Shown: positions 1-9,828, numbered from the stretch's first letter. The stretch: DNA of 39,208 nucleotides from Rhizobiaceae bacterium (GCA_041749675.1 JBGTAU010000058.1:1-39208), one strand, 5' to 3'. Notes: generated from the sequence alone by a model not told the origin. Translations and numbers: made by a program.

Positions 1-1185
1 CAGCTATCAGAGCGCGTTTTGCGGTTTGCCGATAACCTTGCGCCAGCGCAATTTCACCTTGTCGCTGAGCCGGTCGAGCGTGAGCTAGCAGAGGGGATGA
101 CAGCGTACCTTTGGGGCTACAATGGACAATCGATAGGGCCAACCATAGAAGCAGTCGAGGGAGACCGTGTTCGAATTTTCGTCACGAACAAATTGCCCGA
201 GCACACCACCGTTCACTGGCACGGCATGATTTTGCCGTCTGGCATGGATGGGGTGGGCGGCTTGTCTCATCCCCAGATTAAACCCGGCATGACGTTTGTT
301 TATGAGTTTGATCTCGTGAAGAGCGGTACGTTTATGTACCACCCTCACGCCGATGAGATGGTGCAGATGTCGATGGGAATGATGGGAATGTTCATCGTGC
401 ATCCCAAGGAACCAACCTTCATGCGCGTTGACCGCGATTTCGTATTCTTGCTCAACGCCTATGACATCGATCCCGGCTCTTACGTGCCAAAAGTAATGAC
501 CATGACCGACTTTAATCTATGGTGCTGGAACAGCCGGATTTTCCCCGGCATTGATCCACTTGTTGTCAGCAAAAACGACAACGTCCGGGTGCGAGTGGGT
601 AACCTGACCATGACCAATCACCCGGTCCACATGCATGGCTATGATTTTGAAGTTACAGGCACGGACGGCGGCTGGACGCGGCCAGAGGCGCGCTGGCCGG
701 AAGTGTCAGTTGACATACCGGTAGGCGCAATGCGGGCCTATGAATTCAAGGCGGTTTATGAAGGCGACTGGGCCATTCATTGCCACAAAGCGCATCACAC
801 TATGAATGCAATGGGCCACGATGTCCCGACATTCATCGGCGTTGACAAGAGTTCGGTCACGAAAAAAATCCGCAAGCTCCAGCCGGAATACATGCCGATG
901 GGCACCGCCGGCATGGCCGACATGGGCGAAATGGAAATGCCGCTGCCGGACAACACGGTGCCGATGATGACGGGCTGGGGCCCTTACGGACCCATCGAAA
1001 TGGGCGGAATGTTCTCCGTGGTCAAAGTCCGCGAAGGCATCAACGCCGATGATTACAAAGATCCAGGCTGGTACAAAAACCCGCCCGGTACCCAAGCCTG
1101 GGAATGGACTGGCGAATTGCCGGACACAGCCAAGGCGACGGACGCTAAAACACAAGTCACGCCCGTGCCGAAAAGCAATGGCTGA
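1..1185 (+). CDS. Multicopper oxidase, 5'-partial (runs off the window edge), with a Met-rich C-terminal tail
   Basis: The reading frame is open from base 1; the TTG at 19 is only the first possible start in the track. All four MCO copper motifs are present: HWHG, HPHADEM, HPVHMHG and HCHKAHHTMNAMG. The tail is Met-rich (EYMPMGTAGMADMGEMEMPLPDNTVPMM). Confidence 0.85.
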   Translation, partial: QLSERVLRFADNLAPAQFHLVAEPVERELAEGMTAYLWGYNGQSIGPTIEAVEGDRVRIFVTNKLPEHTTVHWHGMILPSGMDGVGGLSHPQIKPGMTFVYEFDLVKSGTFMYHPHADEMVQMSMGMMGMFIVHPKEPTFMRVDRDFVFLLNAYDIDPGSYVPKVMTMTDFNLWCWNSRIFPGIDPLVVSKNDNVRVRVGNLTMTNHPVHMHGYDFEVTGTDGGWTRPEARWPEVSVDIPVGAMRAYEFKAVYEGDWAIHCHKAHHTMNAMGHDVPTFIGVDKSSVTKKIRKLQPEYMPMGTAGMADMGEMEMPLPDNTVPMMTGWGPYGPIEMGGMFSVVKVREGINADDYKDPGWYKNPPGTQAWEWTGELPDTAKATDAKTQVTPVPKSNG

Positions 1186-1227
1186 TTAAGATTCACATTC
1201 TCCCAAGAAAATCGAAAGGAACATTAA

Positions 1228-1707
1228 ATGGTACGACTGATACTCGCAGTAACCTGTGCAATGCTGACGACTTCCGTTTTCGCAGGCGGCACACACGACG
1301 GCGGACACGCTGAAGCCATGAAGGTCGGGGAAGCCGGCGACAAGGCCAAGGTCACTCAAACAATTCAGGTGACAATGAAAGAGACGGACGATGGAAAAAT
1401 GCTCTTTTCGCCAGCAAACCTGCAGGTGCGCAAGGGCCAGACCGTCAAACTCCGGATCAAGAATATCGGCGAACTCGACCACGAATTCGTCCTTGATGAA
1501 CATGCGAAAATCACTGAGCACAAGGCCGTTATGGAGAAGTTTCCAGAGATGGAACATGACGATCCAAACTCTATTCGCCTAGCGCCGGGCGAAGCAGGCG
1601 ATATTGTCTGGAAGTTCACCAATGACGGCGGCTTTCAATTCGCTTGCCTAGTTCCGGGACACTATGATGCCGGTATGCACGGCGAAGTTAAAGTCTCGAT
1701 CAAATAA
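1228..1707 (+). CDS. Periplasmic cupredoxin (plastocyanin/azurin-like) copper-binding protein
   Basis: An ATG follows an AAAGGA RBS. The N-terminus is a signal peptide (MVRLILAVTCAMLTTSVFAGG). Type-1 copper ligand spacing is present (DHEFV ... FACLVPGHYDAGMHG = Cys-X4-His-X4-Met), preceded by an HDGGH stretch. Confidence 0.8.
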   Translation: MVRLILAVTCAMLTTSVFAGGTHDGGHAEAMKVGEAGDKAKVTQTIQVTMKETDDGKMLFSPANLQVRKGQTVKLRIKNIGELDHEFVLDEHAKITEHKAVMEKFPEMEHDDPNSIRLAPGEAGDIVWKFTNDGGFQFACLVPGHYDAGMHGEVKVSIK

Positions 1708-1733
1708 TCCCTCCAAACAGATTGGAAAATGAA

Positions 1734-2018
1734 ATGAAGTTCCCAATGAAAATCGCCATTGCACTTGCAGTCGCCGCCGCAACAGCATTTGGCGCAAACG
1801 CCGCAGAATTCACCAAAGCCACGGTGAAGAAAATTGACATGAAGAACGAAAAAGTCACGCTTATCCACGAACCACTCAAAAATCTTGATATGCCCGCCAT
1901 GACAATGGTGTTTAAAGTTGCGGATAAGACGATGCTCGAAAAGCTGAAAGAAGGCGCGAAGATTGAGTTTGTTGCTGACCGCGTCAACGGCAAACTGACA
2001 GTCACGGAACTGAAGTAA
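1734..2018 (+). CDS. cusF: CusF-like periplasmic Cu(I)/Ag(I) binding protein
   Basis: Signal peptide MKFPMKIAIALAVAAATAFGANA. The core motif VKKID...KVTLIHEPLKNLDMPAMTMVFKV matches the CusF H-X7-(W/M)-X2-M-X-M site, with Met in place of the CusF Trp. The start could be ATG 1734 or ATG 1746. Confidence 0.75.
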   Translation: MKFPMKIAIALAVAAATAFGANAAEFTKATVKKIDMKNEKVTLIHEPLKNLDMPAMTMVFKVADKTMLEKLKEGAKIEFVADRVNGKLTVTELK

Positions 2019-2027
2019 GCTCAAGTT

Positions 2028-2063
2028 AACGCCCAAACTGGTTTGAAATCCTATTTGGGCGTT
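2028..2063 (+). terminator. Hairpin after the cusF-like gene (10-bp perfect stem AACGCCCAAA / TTTGGGCGTT, 16-nt loop)
   Basis: The inverted repeat was read directly, 10 nt after the stop codon. No T-run follows, so intrinsic-terminator function is uncertain. Confidence 0.4.
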
Positions 2064-2245
2064 CCTGCGGTCGCAGCTGGTTGCTTTCACCAATTGATCG
2101 CAAGAGAACCAGCCGCAAAAACCAACGACCACCAACTTTTTGGGTAGGCTGCCTTTTTGATCGCGCTCATATGCCAAGAAATTGACTCGCATTTCTCCCA
2201 TCATCTGCCATGATATCAGCATCGTGTTTAAGCTGGGAGGCGGAC

Positions 2246-2623
2246 ATGAATGGAGTTTCTCGGATATTAATATTTGCGGCCGCGATTGGCACGCACGCTG
2301 CATTTGCTGAACCCATTGAATTTCACAGGCAAACTTTCAGCGACCAAATGACGGTCAGCATGGTTTTGACTTCGCAGTCGCCGTCGCTTCGACCGGGCTA
2401 TGATTACCTTGCCACAATTAATCTCATAGAGACCGACCGTTTGGGCAACATTAAATTTAACGATGGCGGCCTTCACAAAGTGAGTGTCAAATGCGGCGGC
2501 ACGTTCGGCAAGGTATTTGTCGGTGGTCGGGAGTACATCATTATGGCCAAAAGATATTCTCAACAGGATCAGTGGAAGAACCATCTTTGGTGGGTCGTGT
2601 GCCCGGAGCCTCCTGTTTCCTGA
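2246..2623 (+). CDS. Hypothetical secreted protein
   Basis: ATG 2246 follows a GGGAGG RBS (2235-2240). The N-terminus MNGVSRILIFAAAIGTHAAFAEP is signal-peptide-like. I recognise no family. Confidence 0.5.
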   Translation: MNGVSRILIFAAAIGTHAAFAEPIEFHRQTFSDQMTVSMVLTSQSPSLRPGYDYLATINLIETDRLGNIKFNDGGLHKVSVKCGGTFGKVFVGGREYIIMAKRYSQQDQWKNHLWWVVCPEPPVS

Positions 2624-2743
2624 ACGAGGTGAAGCGGTAACTGGTTTGCGGCGCACATGGCGGAACATCGTTGCCGCGTAAGAAATTTCGAGTAAGACGA
2701 CCCAATCTCGCTATTTGGAATCAACTGAAAATAAGCGCCCGCC

Positions 2744-3157
2744 ATGAACAAGGCCACTGTTCCAGTTTTGATATCGGCGATGGCGCTGACGGTGATTGCC
2801 ACATCCTATTTTCTACGACCAAGGTCAGTTTCGACTACGAAGGCAGATCTGCAAGTTGTCATCCCGACGCTCAGCCTGACAGAGCAGAATGGCGAGCGCT
2901 CCTTCAACACACACTGCGCGTCATGTCATGGTGTGAATGCGGCAGGCAAAGCTGATCTGGGGCCCTCGTTCATAAGCAAAGTCTATGAGCCTTCGCATCA
3001 TGGAGATCACGCATTTGTCTTGGCAGCGAAGAACGGAGTTAGGGCGCATCATTGGCGTTTCGGCAATATGCCGCCAATACTGTCGGCAAGCGACAATGAT
3101 CTGGTAGATATAATCGCGCATGTTCGCGCGATACAAAAGTCAAATGGAATTTATTGA
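2744..3157 (+). CDS. Membrane-anchored mono-haem c-type cytochrome
   Basis: N-terminal hydrophobic anchor, a single CASCHG haem-binding motif, and a downstream Met (FGNMPP) as candidate sixth ligand. Confidence 0.8.
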   Translation: MNKATVPVLISAMALTVIATSYFLRPRSVSTTKADLQVVIPTLSLTEQNGERSFNTHCASCHGVNAAGKADLGPSFISKVYEPSHHGDHAFVLAAKNGVRAHHWRFGNMPPILSASDNDLVDIIAHVRAIQKSNGIY

Positions 3158-3347
3158 TTTATCGTCTGATGCAACTCTTTCAGGCTGCACTCCAATATAA
3201 ATGGAAATACTAACAGAATCAGGATTTTATGAGCCTTAGCGTCAGATTGAAGCATGAATTATTTTCCACGAGTTATCCCAAGCACATAAATGTTATCAAC
3301 TGGGTTGGTGATTGCTATTGCCTTGCAATGGATGATAATCTCTAGCC

Positions 3348-3686
3348 ATGAAATTGTTTCGCTCACTTTTTCTTTGTGGCCGCGTGCTCATTGTGTTGAG
3401 CCTGCTGCTACTCAGTTTCGAGGCGCCTGCAATGCCTGTTGGCATGTCAGTGGAATGTGCAACGATGATGCAATCCGCTGATGAAGGCACGGGGCCAAAC
3501 GACAGCAGCAAAAGGCGCGTGTGTCCCTACGCTGCCCTTTGTGCCGTTGCGGGGCTCTATTTGAGCACGACGCCCCCGACAGGCTATTCGATGGTGGCCA
3601 TGTCTAATGTCGACGTGGTGCCGTTTGGCGACACACTCGGCGTAGGCGTTGTGTCTTCGCCCCCGACCAGACCCCCCCGTTTCTAA
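3348..3686 (+). CDS. Small exported/membrane Cys-containing protein (DUF2946-like architecture), first gene of the cusBA operon
   Basis: Hydrophobic N-terminus, a Cys pair (VCPYAALCAV) and a C-terminal Pro-rich end (PPTRPPRF). This resembles small proteins often found upstream of metal transport operons. The family assignment is from memory only. Confidence 0.4.
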   Translation: MKLFRSLFLCGRVLIVLSLLLLSFEAPAMPVGMSVECATMMQSADEGTGPNDSSKRRVCPYAALCAVAGLYLSTTPPTGYSMVAMSNVDVVPFGDTLGVGVVSSPPTRPPRF

Positions 3687-3803
3687 CTCCATGACCGGCC
3701 TTTGCCGGTGGCGTTTTTCTATTCTCAACGCTTAGAAACGTCGCTTATTGCGACAAGTGTTCACGCTCTTTGAGCGGCACGCCTTCATGACTTGGAGACT
3801 AAC

Positions 3804-4208
3804 ATGAACTTTTTGGACCTTTGCGGCGTCCGCGTGGCGCTGATCGCAACGTCATCAATTTTCGCTGCCGTGTCACTCGCTCACGCCGAAATCAAGGACT
3901 ACGAATTCCAGCTGGTTGAGACCGAGGCCAAGGCTGGCGCGGCAATTGTTTCGGTGCGCCTGATTCATCGGCCGGATAATAAGCCTGTACCCGACGCGGT
4001 GATCTTTGCGACGCGGCTCGATATGGCACCGGACGGCATGGAGAACATGACCACCTCTATAGAGGCGATGCCGAGCACGGTGCCGGGCATTTATCCGTTC
4101 AAAGTCAATCTAACCATGCAAGGTGGCTGGCGGCTGTCGTTGGGCGCAAAGGTGCAGGGCGAAATCGAAACGTTGGAAAGCCGCCTTGAACTGAAGGTGA
4201 TGCCATGA
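3804..4208 (+). CDS. FixH/YtkA-like periplasmic protein
   Basis: ATG 3804 follows GGAGA. There is a signal peptide ending AHA, and the beta-rich domain contains Met residues (DMAPDGMENMTTSIEAMPS). Its stop overlaps the cusB start (ATGA at 4205). Confidence 0.6.
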   Translation: MNFLDLCGVRVALIATSSIFAAVSLAHAEIKDYEFQLVETEAKAGAAIVSVRLIHRPDNKPVPDAVIFATRLDMAPDGMENMTTSIEAMPSTVPGIYPFKVNLTMQGGWRLSLGAKVQGEIETLESRLELKVMP

Positions 4209-5701
4209 GTTTCTATTCACGCATGGTTGTGACCCTCACCACAATTTCCCTGGCCGGGGGAGCCGGCTTTTACGTCGGCAAAAATGGCGTGCCGCCCGAA
4301 ATCATAGACGCTCTGCCGCAGACTTTCGCTATCGCTGTGGCCTCCAGGCTTCTGCCCTCAGACGCCAAGCCGGCGATGGCTGACAAAAAAATGGCCCAGA
4401 AAGCGGACGGCCCGGTCGTCTATTACAAGGCACCCGGCGGCAAGCCGGCATATTCGGCCGTCCCGTTCAGGGACGCAAAGGGCATGGACTATATCGCAGT
4501 GCGTGCCGGTGAGGATGTGAGCTTTGATCCCCAGCCTGCGATGAGCGACACCGCTATGGAAGATAAAGCGGTGGCCGATCCGGCAATGGCTGAGGCCGGG
4601 GAGCGCAAAATCAAATATTACCGCAACCCGATGGGCCTGCCGGACACATCGTCCCTGCCAAAGAAAGACTCTATGGGGATGGATTATCTCCCCGTCTACG
4701 AAGGTGAAGACAGCGATGACGGCACAATCAAGCTGACGGCGGGCAAGCTGCAGAAGACCGGGGTCCGCTCGGAGCCGGTCGCGCTGCAAGCCATCACCTT
4801 GCCGATCCGCGCGCCGGGCACCATTCAGGTCGACGAGCGGCTTGTGTCTCTCGTGACACTGCGCTTTGAGGGATTTGTCGACGCGGTTGAAAACGTCACC
4901 ACGGGTGACAGAGTCAGAAAGGGCGAGCCGCTGATGAAAATCTATGGTCCCGGCCTTTCGTCCGCAGCCGCCGAATATGTGACGTCGCTCGGCGCCGGTG
5001 GGGAGCCAGCCAGTAAGGGCGCACGCCGAAAGCTTGAAAACATGGATGTGCCTGAAGCGGCGATCCGCGAGATTGAGCGCAGCCGCAAAGTTCCGGCATC
5101 CCTGGTCTGGTCCGCGCCGCAAGATGGCCTTGTCATGCAGCGCAACGCCGTCAACGGCATGCGGGCGGGACCTGGAGATGTTCTGTTTCAAGTCGCGGAC
5201 ACGTCCAAGGTCTGGGCGCTGATCGATCTGTCAGAGCGCGACATAGCCATGGCCAAGGTGGGCCAATCGGTGATGATCCGTCCGCGCGGCATGCCGGACT
5301 ATGTGGTCGAAGGAAAGATCGCCTTGATCTATCCGCACATCAACAAGGAGACGAGGACAGGGCGCGTACGCATTGAGCTCGACAACGGAGACGGTAAGCT
5401 TCTGCCGGACCTTTACGTGGATGCGGAAATCTCGACCGGGTCGGACATTCCGGTCCTGACCGTGGCGGACAGCGCGGTGATTGATTCAGGCGACCGGCAG
5501 ATAGTCATACTCGACAAAGGCGACGGCAAATTTGAGCCGCGTCCGGTCAAGGTCGGGCAGCGCGGCAATGGCCGCACGGAAATCACCGAAGGCGTGGCCT
5601 TTGGCGACCAGGTCGTCGTCTCTGCCAATTTCCTCATCGACGCCGAGAGCAACCTGAAGGCCGCGCTGCAAGGGTTGAATCCCGAGGAGCAAGCGCAATG
5701 A
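4205..5701 (+). CDS. cusB: Heavy-metal RND efflux periplasmic adaptor (CusB family)
   Basis: The N-terminal CusB-type motif occurs twice (YYKAPGGKPAYSAVPFRDAKGMDYIAV and KYYRNPMGLPDTSSLPKKDSMGMDYLPVY). It is followed by a membrane-fusion-protein barrel/lipoyl-like region. ATGA overlaps occur at both ends. Confidence 0.9.
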   Translation: MSFYSRMVVTLTTISLAGGAGFYVGKNGVPPEIIDALPQTFAIAVASRLLPSDAKPAMADKKMAQKADGPVVYYKAPGGKPAYSAVPFRDAKGMDYIAVRAGEDVSFDPQPAMSDTAMEDKAVADPAMAEAGERKIKYYRNPMGLPDTSSLPKKDSMGMDYLPVYEGEDSDDGTIKLTAGKLQKTGVRSEPVALQAITLPIRAPGTIQVDERLVSLVTLRFEGFVDAVENVTTGDRVRKGEPLMKIYGPGLSSAAAEYVTSLGAGGEPASKGARRKLENMDVPEAAIREIERSRKVPASLVWSAPQDGLVMQRNAVNGMRAGPGDVLFQVADTSKVWALIDLSERDIAMAKVGQSVMIRPRGMPDYVVEGKIALIYPHINKETRTGRVRIELDNGDGKLLPDLYVDAEISTGSDIPVLTVADSAVIDSGDRQIVILDKGDGKFEPRPVKVGQRGNGRTEITEGVAFGDQVVVSANFLIDAESNLKAALQGLNPEEQAQ

Positions 5702-8700
5702 TCGCCAAGCTGATTGAATGGTCGGCCCGCAATGTCATGCTGGTGCTGATAGGCACCTTGTTCGCCGTCGCCGCAGGTCTTTATGCGGTGAAAAACTCGG
5801 CGCTGGACGCAATCCCCGACCTCTCGGACACGCAGGTCATCGTTTATACCGAGTATCAGGGCCAGGCCCCGCAGGTGGTCGAGGATCAGGTCACTTATCC
5901 GCTGACAACGTCGATGCTGACGGTGCCGAAGTCGAAGGTTGTGCGCGGCTTTTCATTCTTCGGTGTTTCCTTCGTCTATATCATTTTTGAGGACGGCACG
6001 GACATCTACTGGGCGCGCTCGCGGGTGCTAGAGTATCTCAACGCCGTGTCGCGGCGGCTGCCGAGCGGCGTGACGCCGACGCTCGGACCCGATGCGACCG
6101 GCGTGGGCTGGGTCTATCAATACGCGCTGCAATCCAAGGTCAGAACGCTGGCCGAGCTGCGGTCGCTGCAAGACTGGAGCGTGCGCTATGGCATTGCCAA
6201 GGCCGAGGGCGTGGCGGAAGTCGCCAGCGTCGGCGGTTTCGTCAAACAGTATAATGTCGTGGTTGATCCGAACCGCATGCGCTCGTTCGGCATCCCGCTG
6301 CTCGCCGTGCGCGACGCCATACGCGGCAGCAATATGGATGTCGGCGGGCGCACGGTTGAACTTTCCGAGTTCGAATTCATTGTGCGCGGGCGCGGCTATG
6401 TGAAAAGCGTTGAAGACCTGTCGCATGTCGTTTTGAAAGTCGAAAACGGCACGCCGGTGACGTTGAAGGATGTGGCGCGGATCGAGCTTGGTCCGGACGA
6501 GCGGCGCGGCATTACTGAATTGAATGGCGAGGGCGAAGTGGCGAGCGGCATTGCGCTGCAGCGCTTCGGCCAAAACGCGCTCGATGTGATCGATAATGTT
6601 AAGGCGCGGCTTGATGACATGAAAGTCAGCTTACCCAAGGATGTCGAGATTGTCCCGGTCTATGACCGCTCGAACCTTATTCACGCCGCCGTTGAGACGC
6701 TTAAGGGCACGCTGATGGAGGAGAGCATTGTCGTCGCCATCGTCTGCGTGGTGTTTCTCCTGCATTTCCGTTCGGCGCTTGTGGCGATTCTGATGCTGCC
6801 GGTCGGCATACTAATGGCGTTTGCCGCGATGAAATATCTCAATATCGGCTCCAACATCATGAGCTTGGGCGGCATTGCCATCGCCATCGGCGCGATGATC
6901 GACGGCGGCATTGTAATGATCGAAAACGCGCACAAGCATCTTGAGCGGGCGCCGAAAGACAAGCCGAGGATCGAGGTTCTGATCGGGGCGGCATGCGAAG
7001 TCGGCCCGGCCCTGTTCTTCTCGCTGTTGATTATCACCGTGTCGTTCCTGCCGATTTTCACCATGGAGGCGCAGGAAGGGCGGCTGTTCTCGCCATTGGC
7101 TTTCACCAAGACATTTGCCATGGGCGCGGCGGCGCTGCTGTCGATCACGCTGGTGCCGGCGCTCATGGTGATTTTCGTTCGCGGCCACATCGTTCCCGAG
7201 CACAAAAACCCGATCAACCGCTTTCTCATCTGGATGTACCGCCCTTTGATCGAAAAGGTTTTAAAAGCGAAAGTGATGACCATCATGATCGCGCTCGTCG
7301 CGCTCGGCGTCAGCGTCTGGCCGGCGCGGCAATTGGGCAGCGAATTCATGCCAAGCCTGAATGAAGGCACGCTGATGTATATGCCGACAACTCTGCCCGG
7401 CATCTCCGTCACCAAGGCGGCGGAGCTTTTGCAGACGCAGAACAAGATCATCAAGACCTTCCCGGAAGTTGAATCGGTCTATGGCAAGGCAGGTCGAGCC
7501 GAGACCGCGACAGACCCGGCGCCAACTGAAATGTTTGAAACGGTTGTCAATCTCAAGCCGAAGGAGGAATGGCGCCCGGGCCTGACGGTTGACGGTCTGA
7601 TCGCTGAACTCGATAAGGCGTTGCAGTTCCCCGGTGTCTCCAACGCATGGACCATGCCGATCAAAGCCCGCACCGACATGCTGGCCACCGGCATCCGCAC
7701 GCCTGTCGGCATCAAGGTTCTGGGCACTGACCTTGTTGAAATGGAAAAGCTCGCCCGTCAGATTGAGACAGTGGTCAAAGCCGTTCCCGGCACCTCCAGC
7801 GCCTATGCCGAGCGAGTGATTGGCGGCTATTATCTCGACATCGTGCCGGACCGGTCCTCTTTGGCGCGTTATGGCCTGATGGTGTCGGATGTGCAGGACA
7901 CGGTGTCCGTCGCACTGGGCGGCGAGTCGATCACCACGACGGTTGAAGGCCGTGAGCGCTATGGCGTCAATCTGCGCTATCCGCGTGACATGCGCTCCAG
8001 TCCGCAATCCATCGCCCGAGAGGTGCTGATTTCGCTGCCGGATAGCGGAACCATTCCGCTGGGCGATGTCGCCGAAGTGAAGCTGTCGCGCGGGCCCACG
8101 ACCATCCGCACCGAGAACGGCCAGCTTGCCGTCTATATTTTTGTCGATATCCAGGGCCGCGATCTTGGCGGTTACGTTAAGGATGCAAAAGCCGCCGTCG
8201 CCGCCAGCATTAATTTTCCGGCGGGCTCTTACGTTGTGTGGAGCGGCCAGTTCGAGTTTCTGGAGCGGGCGACGGCGCGGCTGAAACTGGTGGTGCCGGT
8301 GACGCTGCTGATTATCTTTCTATTGCTTTACCTGAACTTCCGGCGGATCACAGAAACGCTCATCGTTATGCTGTCGCTGCCCTTTGCGCTCGTCGGCGGG
8401 CTGTGGCTGATGTGGTGGCTCGGCTTCAACTTCTCCGTCGCCGTCGGCTTTATCGCGCTGGCAGGCGTTGCGGCGGAAACCGGCGTCATCATGCTGATCT
8501 ATCTTGATCAGTCGATGACGGAGCTGCAGGCTAAGCGCGATGCTGAGGGCGCGCCTTTCACCCGCGCCGACCTGCAGGCCGCCATCATGCTCGGCGCCGT
8601 CGAGCGAGTGCGTCCGAAAATGATGACGGTAGTTGCCATCATGGCAGGCCTCGTCCCGATCTTGTGGAGCACCGGCGCGGGATCGGAAGTCATGCAGCGC

Positions 8701-8883
8701 ATTGCCGTCCCGATGATCGGCGGCATGATCTCGTCGACCATCCTCACACTGGTGGTGATTCCAGCGGTGTATGGGCTGGTGAAGGCATTTGGCTTGCCGA
8801 AAGCCGAAGTTCAAGCGAAATCAGCGGTGCCAATCGAAGCGGGCTTAGCCCTTCAAGAGCAGACGCCCGCATGGCACGGCTAA
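5698..8883 (+). CDS. cusA: CusA/CzcA-family heavy-metal efflux RND pump
   Basis: 1061 aa with 12-TM RND architecture and a typical N-terminus (IAKLIEWSARNVMLVLIGTLF ... AIPDLSDTQVIVYTEYQGQAPQVVEDQVTYPLT). Confidence 0.95.
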   Translation: MIAKLIEWSARNVMLVLIGTLFAVAAGLYAVKNSALDAIPDLSDTQVIVYTEYQGQAPQVVEDQVTYPLTTSMLTVPKSKVVRGFSFFGVSFVYIIFEDGTDIYWARSRVLEYLNAVSRRLPSGVTPTLGPDATGVGWVYQYALQSKVRTLAELRSLQDWSVRYGIAKAEGVAEVASVGGFVKQYNVVVDPNRMRSFGIPLLAVRDAIRGSNMDVGGRTVELSEFEFIVRGRGYVKSVEDLSHVVLKVENGTPVTLKDVARIELGPDERRGITELNGEGEVASGIALQRFGQNALDVIDNVKARLDDMKVSLPKDVEIVPVYDRSNLIHAAVETLKGTLMEESIVVAIVCVVFLLHFRSALVAILMLPVGILMAFAAMKYLNIGSNIMSLGGIAIAIGAMIDGGIVMIENAHKHLERAPKDKPRIEVLIGAACEVGPALFFSLLIITVSFLPIFTMEAQEGRLFSPLAFTKTFAMGAAALLSITLVPALMVIFVRGHIVPEHKNPINRFLIWMYRPLIEKVLKAKVMTIMIALVALGVSVWPARQLGSEFMPSLNEGTLMYMPTTLPGISVTKAAELLQTQNKIIKTFPEVESVYGKAGRAETATDPAPTEMFETVVNLKPKEEWRPGLTVDGLIAELDKALQFPGVSNAWTMPIKARTDMLATGIRTPVGIKVLGTDLVEMEKLARQIETVVKAVPGTSSAYAERVIGGYYLDIVPDRSSLARYGLMVSDVQDTVSVALGGESITTTVEGRERYGVNLRYPRDMRSSPQSIAREVLISLPDSGTIPLGDVAEVKLSRGPTTIRTENGQLAVYIFVDIQGRDLGGYVKDAKAAVAASINFPAGSYVVWSGQFEFLERATARLKLVVPVTLLIIFLLLYLNFRRITETLIVMLSLPFALVGGLWLMWWLGFNFSVAVGFIALAGVAAETGVIMLIYLDQSMTELQAKRDAEGAPFTRADLQAAIMLGAVERVRPKMMTVVAIMAGLVPILWSTGAGSEVMQRIAVPMIGGMISSTILTLVVIPAVYGLVKAFGLPKAEVQAKSAVPIEAGLALQEQTPAWHG

Positions 8884-8986
8884 TCACCTTAAAATTTCGC
8901 CCGACTGAATAGTATAGAGTACGGCTCTGCTTTCGAAATTTGAGCCAACATTGCAAACGATGATGGCGCAATCGCAATTGGTCGAT

Positions 8987-9532
8987 TCAAGCAGTTTCTT
9001 TGATTTTGGCCTTCAACCCTGTTTGCTGCTCGCGCAGCTTCCGCCACCCGAACGGCGTTCGCCCTTCTGGTTTGAAAATCGAAAGGATCAACGGAAGACA
9101 CAGAACAATCATGCCACCAGCGGCGTGAACTGTGAGTTGGATTCCCATTTCATGAAGTTCCGCGCGGGGTAAGAAGGATTTCGTGGAAAGTTCTGCCGCG
9201 TAATCAATCAGCTCAATCTTGACAATCAGAATCGCGGTCGCAAGAACCACGAGCAGGAGCTTTATCAATACCCAGTAGTGTTTGAACAAGCCCCAATGTG
9301 TTCCAAGTGATTGAACAATCCCCGAAATGAGTGAGGCAAATGCGAGCGGGACAATCACCAAACGCGTAGTCAATTGCATCGAGAAATAAACGGCCCGGAT
9401 GATTTGCTCTTCTTGGCGCGTGATTCCCACGATAGCGAGCGCAAAAAAAGCCCCTATAGCACCAAGTAGACCGACGGAAGATGCAATATGCAACATGAGC
9501 ATCAATTTGCGCATGCGAGGTTGCATGGTCAT
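8987..9532 (-). CDS. Integral membrane protein (four TM segments, DUF2269-like)
   Basis: The likely start is the ATG at 9532 (MTMQPRMRKL...), which overlaps the stop of the upstream small ORF (ATGA). The 44-aa N-terminal extension in the track is non-hydrophobic and overlaps that ORF. Confidence 0.55.
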   Translation of the reverse strand: MTMQPRMRKLMLMLHIASSVGLLGAIGAFFALAIVGITRQEEQIIRAVYFSMQLTTRLVIVPLAFASLISGIVQSLGTHWGLFKHYWVLIKLLLVVLATAILIVKIELIDYAAELSTKSFLPRAELHEMGIQLTVHAAGGMIVLCLPLILSIFKPEGRTPFGWRKLREQQTGLKAKIKETA

Positions 9533-9720
9533 GGCCCTGCTTGGCCACTGATTGACGGCATGTGCATGCCTTTCATATTCGACATCCCTTGTGTGCCGAA
9601 AACGAGATGGATTGCAAACACCCCCAAAAGAACGGCTGCGACCAGCGCCGACAATTTCACCCATTTTGGTGTTTTTGAGTTTTCCAGTGAATCAACCCTT
9701 TTATGGATTTCACGACTCAT
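9529..9720 (-). CDS. Small single-TM protein with a Met/His-rich C-terminal tail
   Basis: The ATG at 9720 gives MSREIHKR...WVKLSALVAAVLLGVFAIHLVFGTQGMSNMKGMHMPSISGQAGP. It is translationally coupled to the downstream membrane protein and divergent from the TetR gene. Confidence 0.45.
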   Translation of the reverse strand: MSREIHKRVDSLENSKTPKWVKLSALVAAVLLGVFAIHLVFGTQGMSNMKGMHMPSISGQAGP

Positions 9721-9828
9721 CGGTTGAAGCCCCAAAACTGGCAATTATTTATCAATACATTGTGTATATCAAAAAGTGAAGTGTGGTCAATCTCGACTTT
9801 AGTGCCTGACCACCTATGATAACGCGAT

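Noticed and set aside
1662-2303. A 213-aa minus-strand ORF spanning the cupredoxin end, the cusF-like gene and the hairpin.
   Set aside because: It overlaps two well-supported plus-strand genes and a terminator-like hairpin. Its translation has no recognisable features.
6681-8007. Minus-strand ORFs of 257 aa and 248 aa. There are also many 60-180 aa ORFs on both strands between 5718 and 8814, and one at 4358-5191 (277 aa).
   Set aside because: They are antisense or out of frame within cusA and cusB. They have no RBS context and no motifs.
8892-8941. An 8-bp inverted repeat, AAATTTCG / CGAAATTT, between the convergent cusA and membrane-protein genes.
   Set aside because: The loop is 34 nt and the stem is AT-rich, which makes a poor intrinsic terminator. 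It may be fortuitous.
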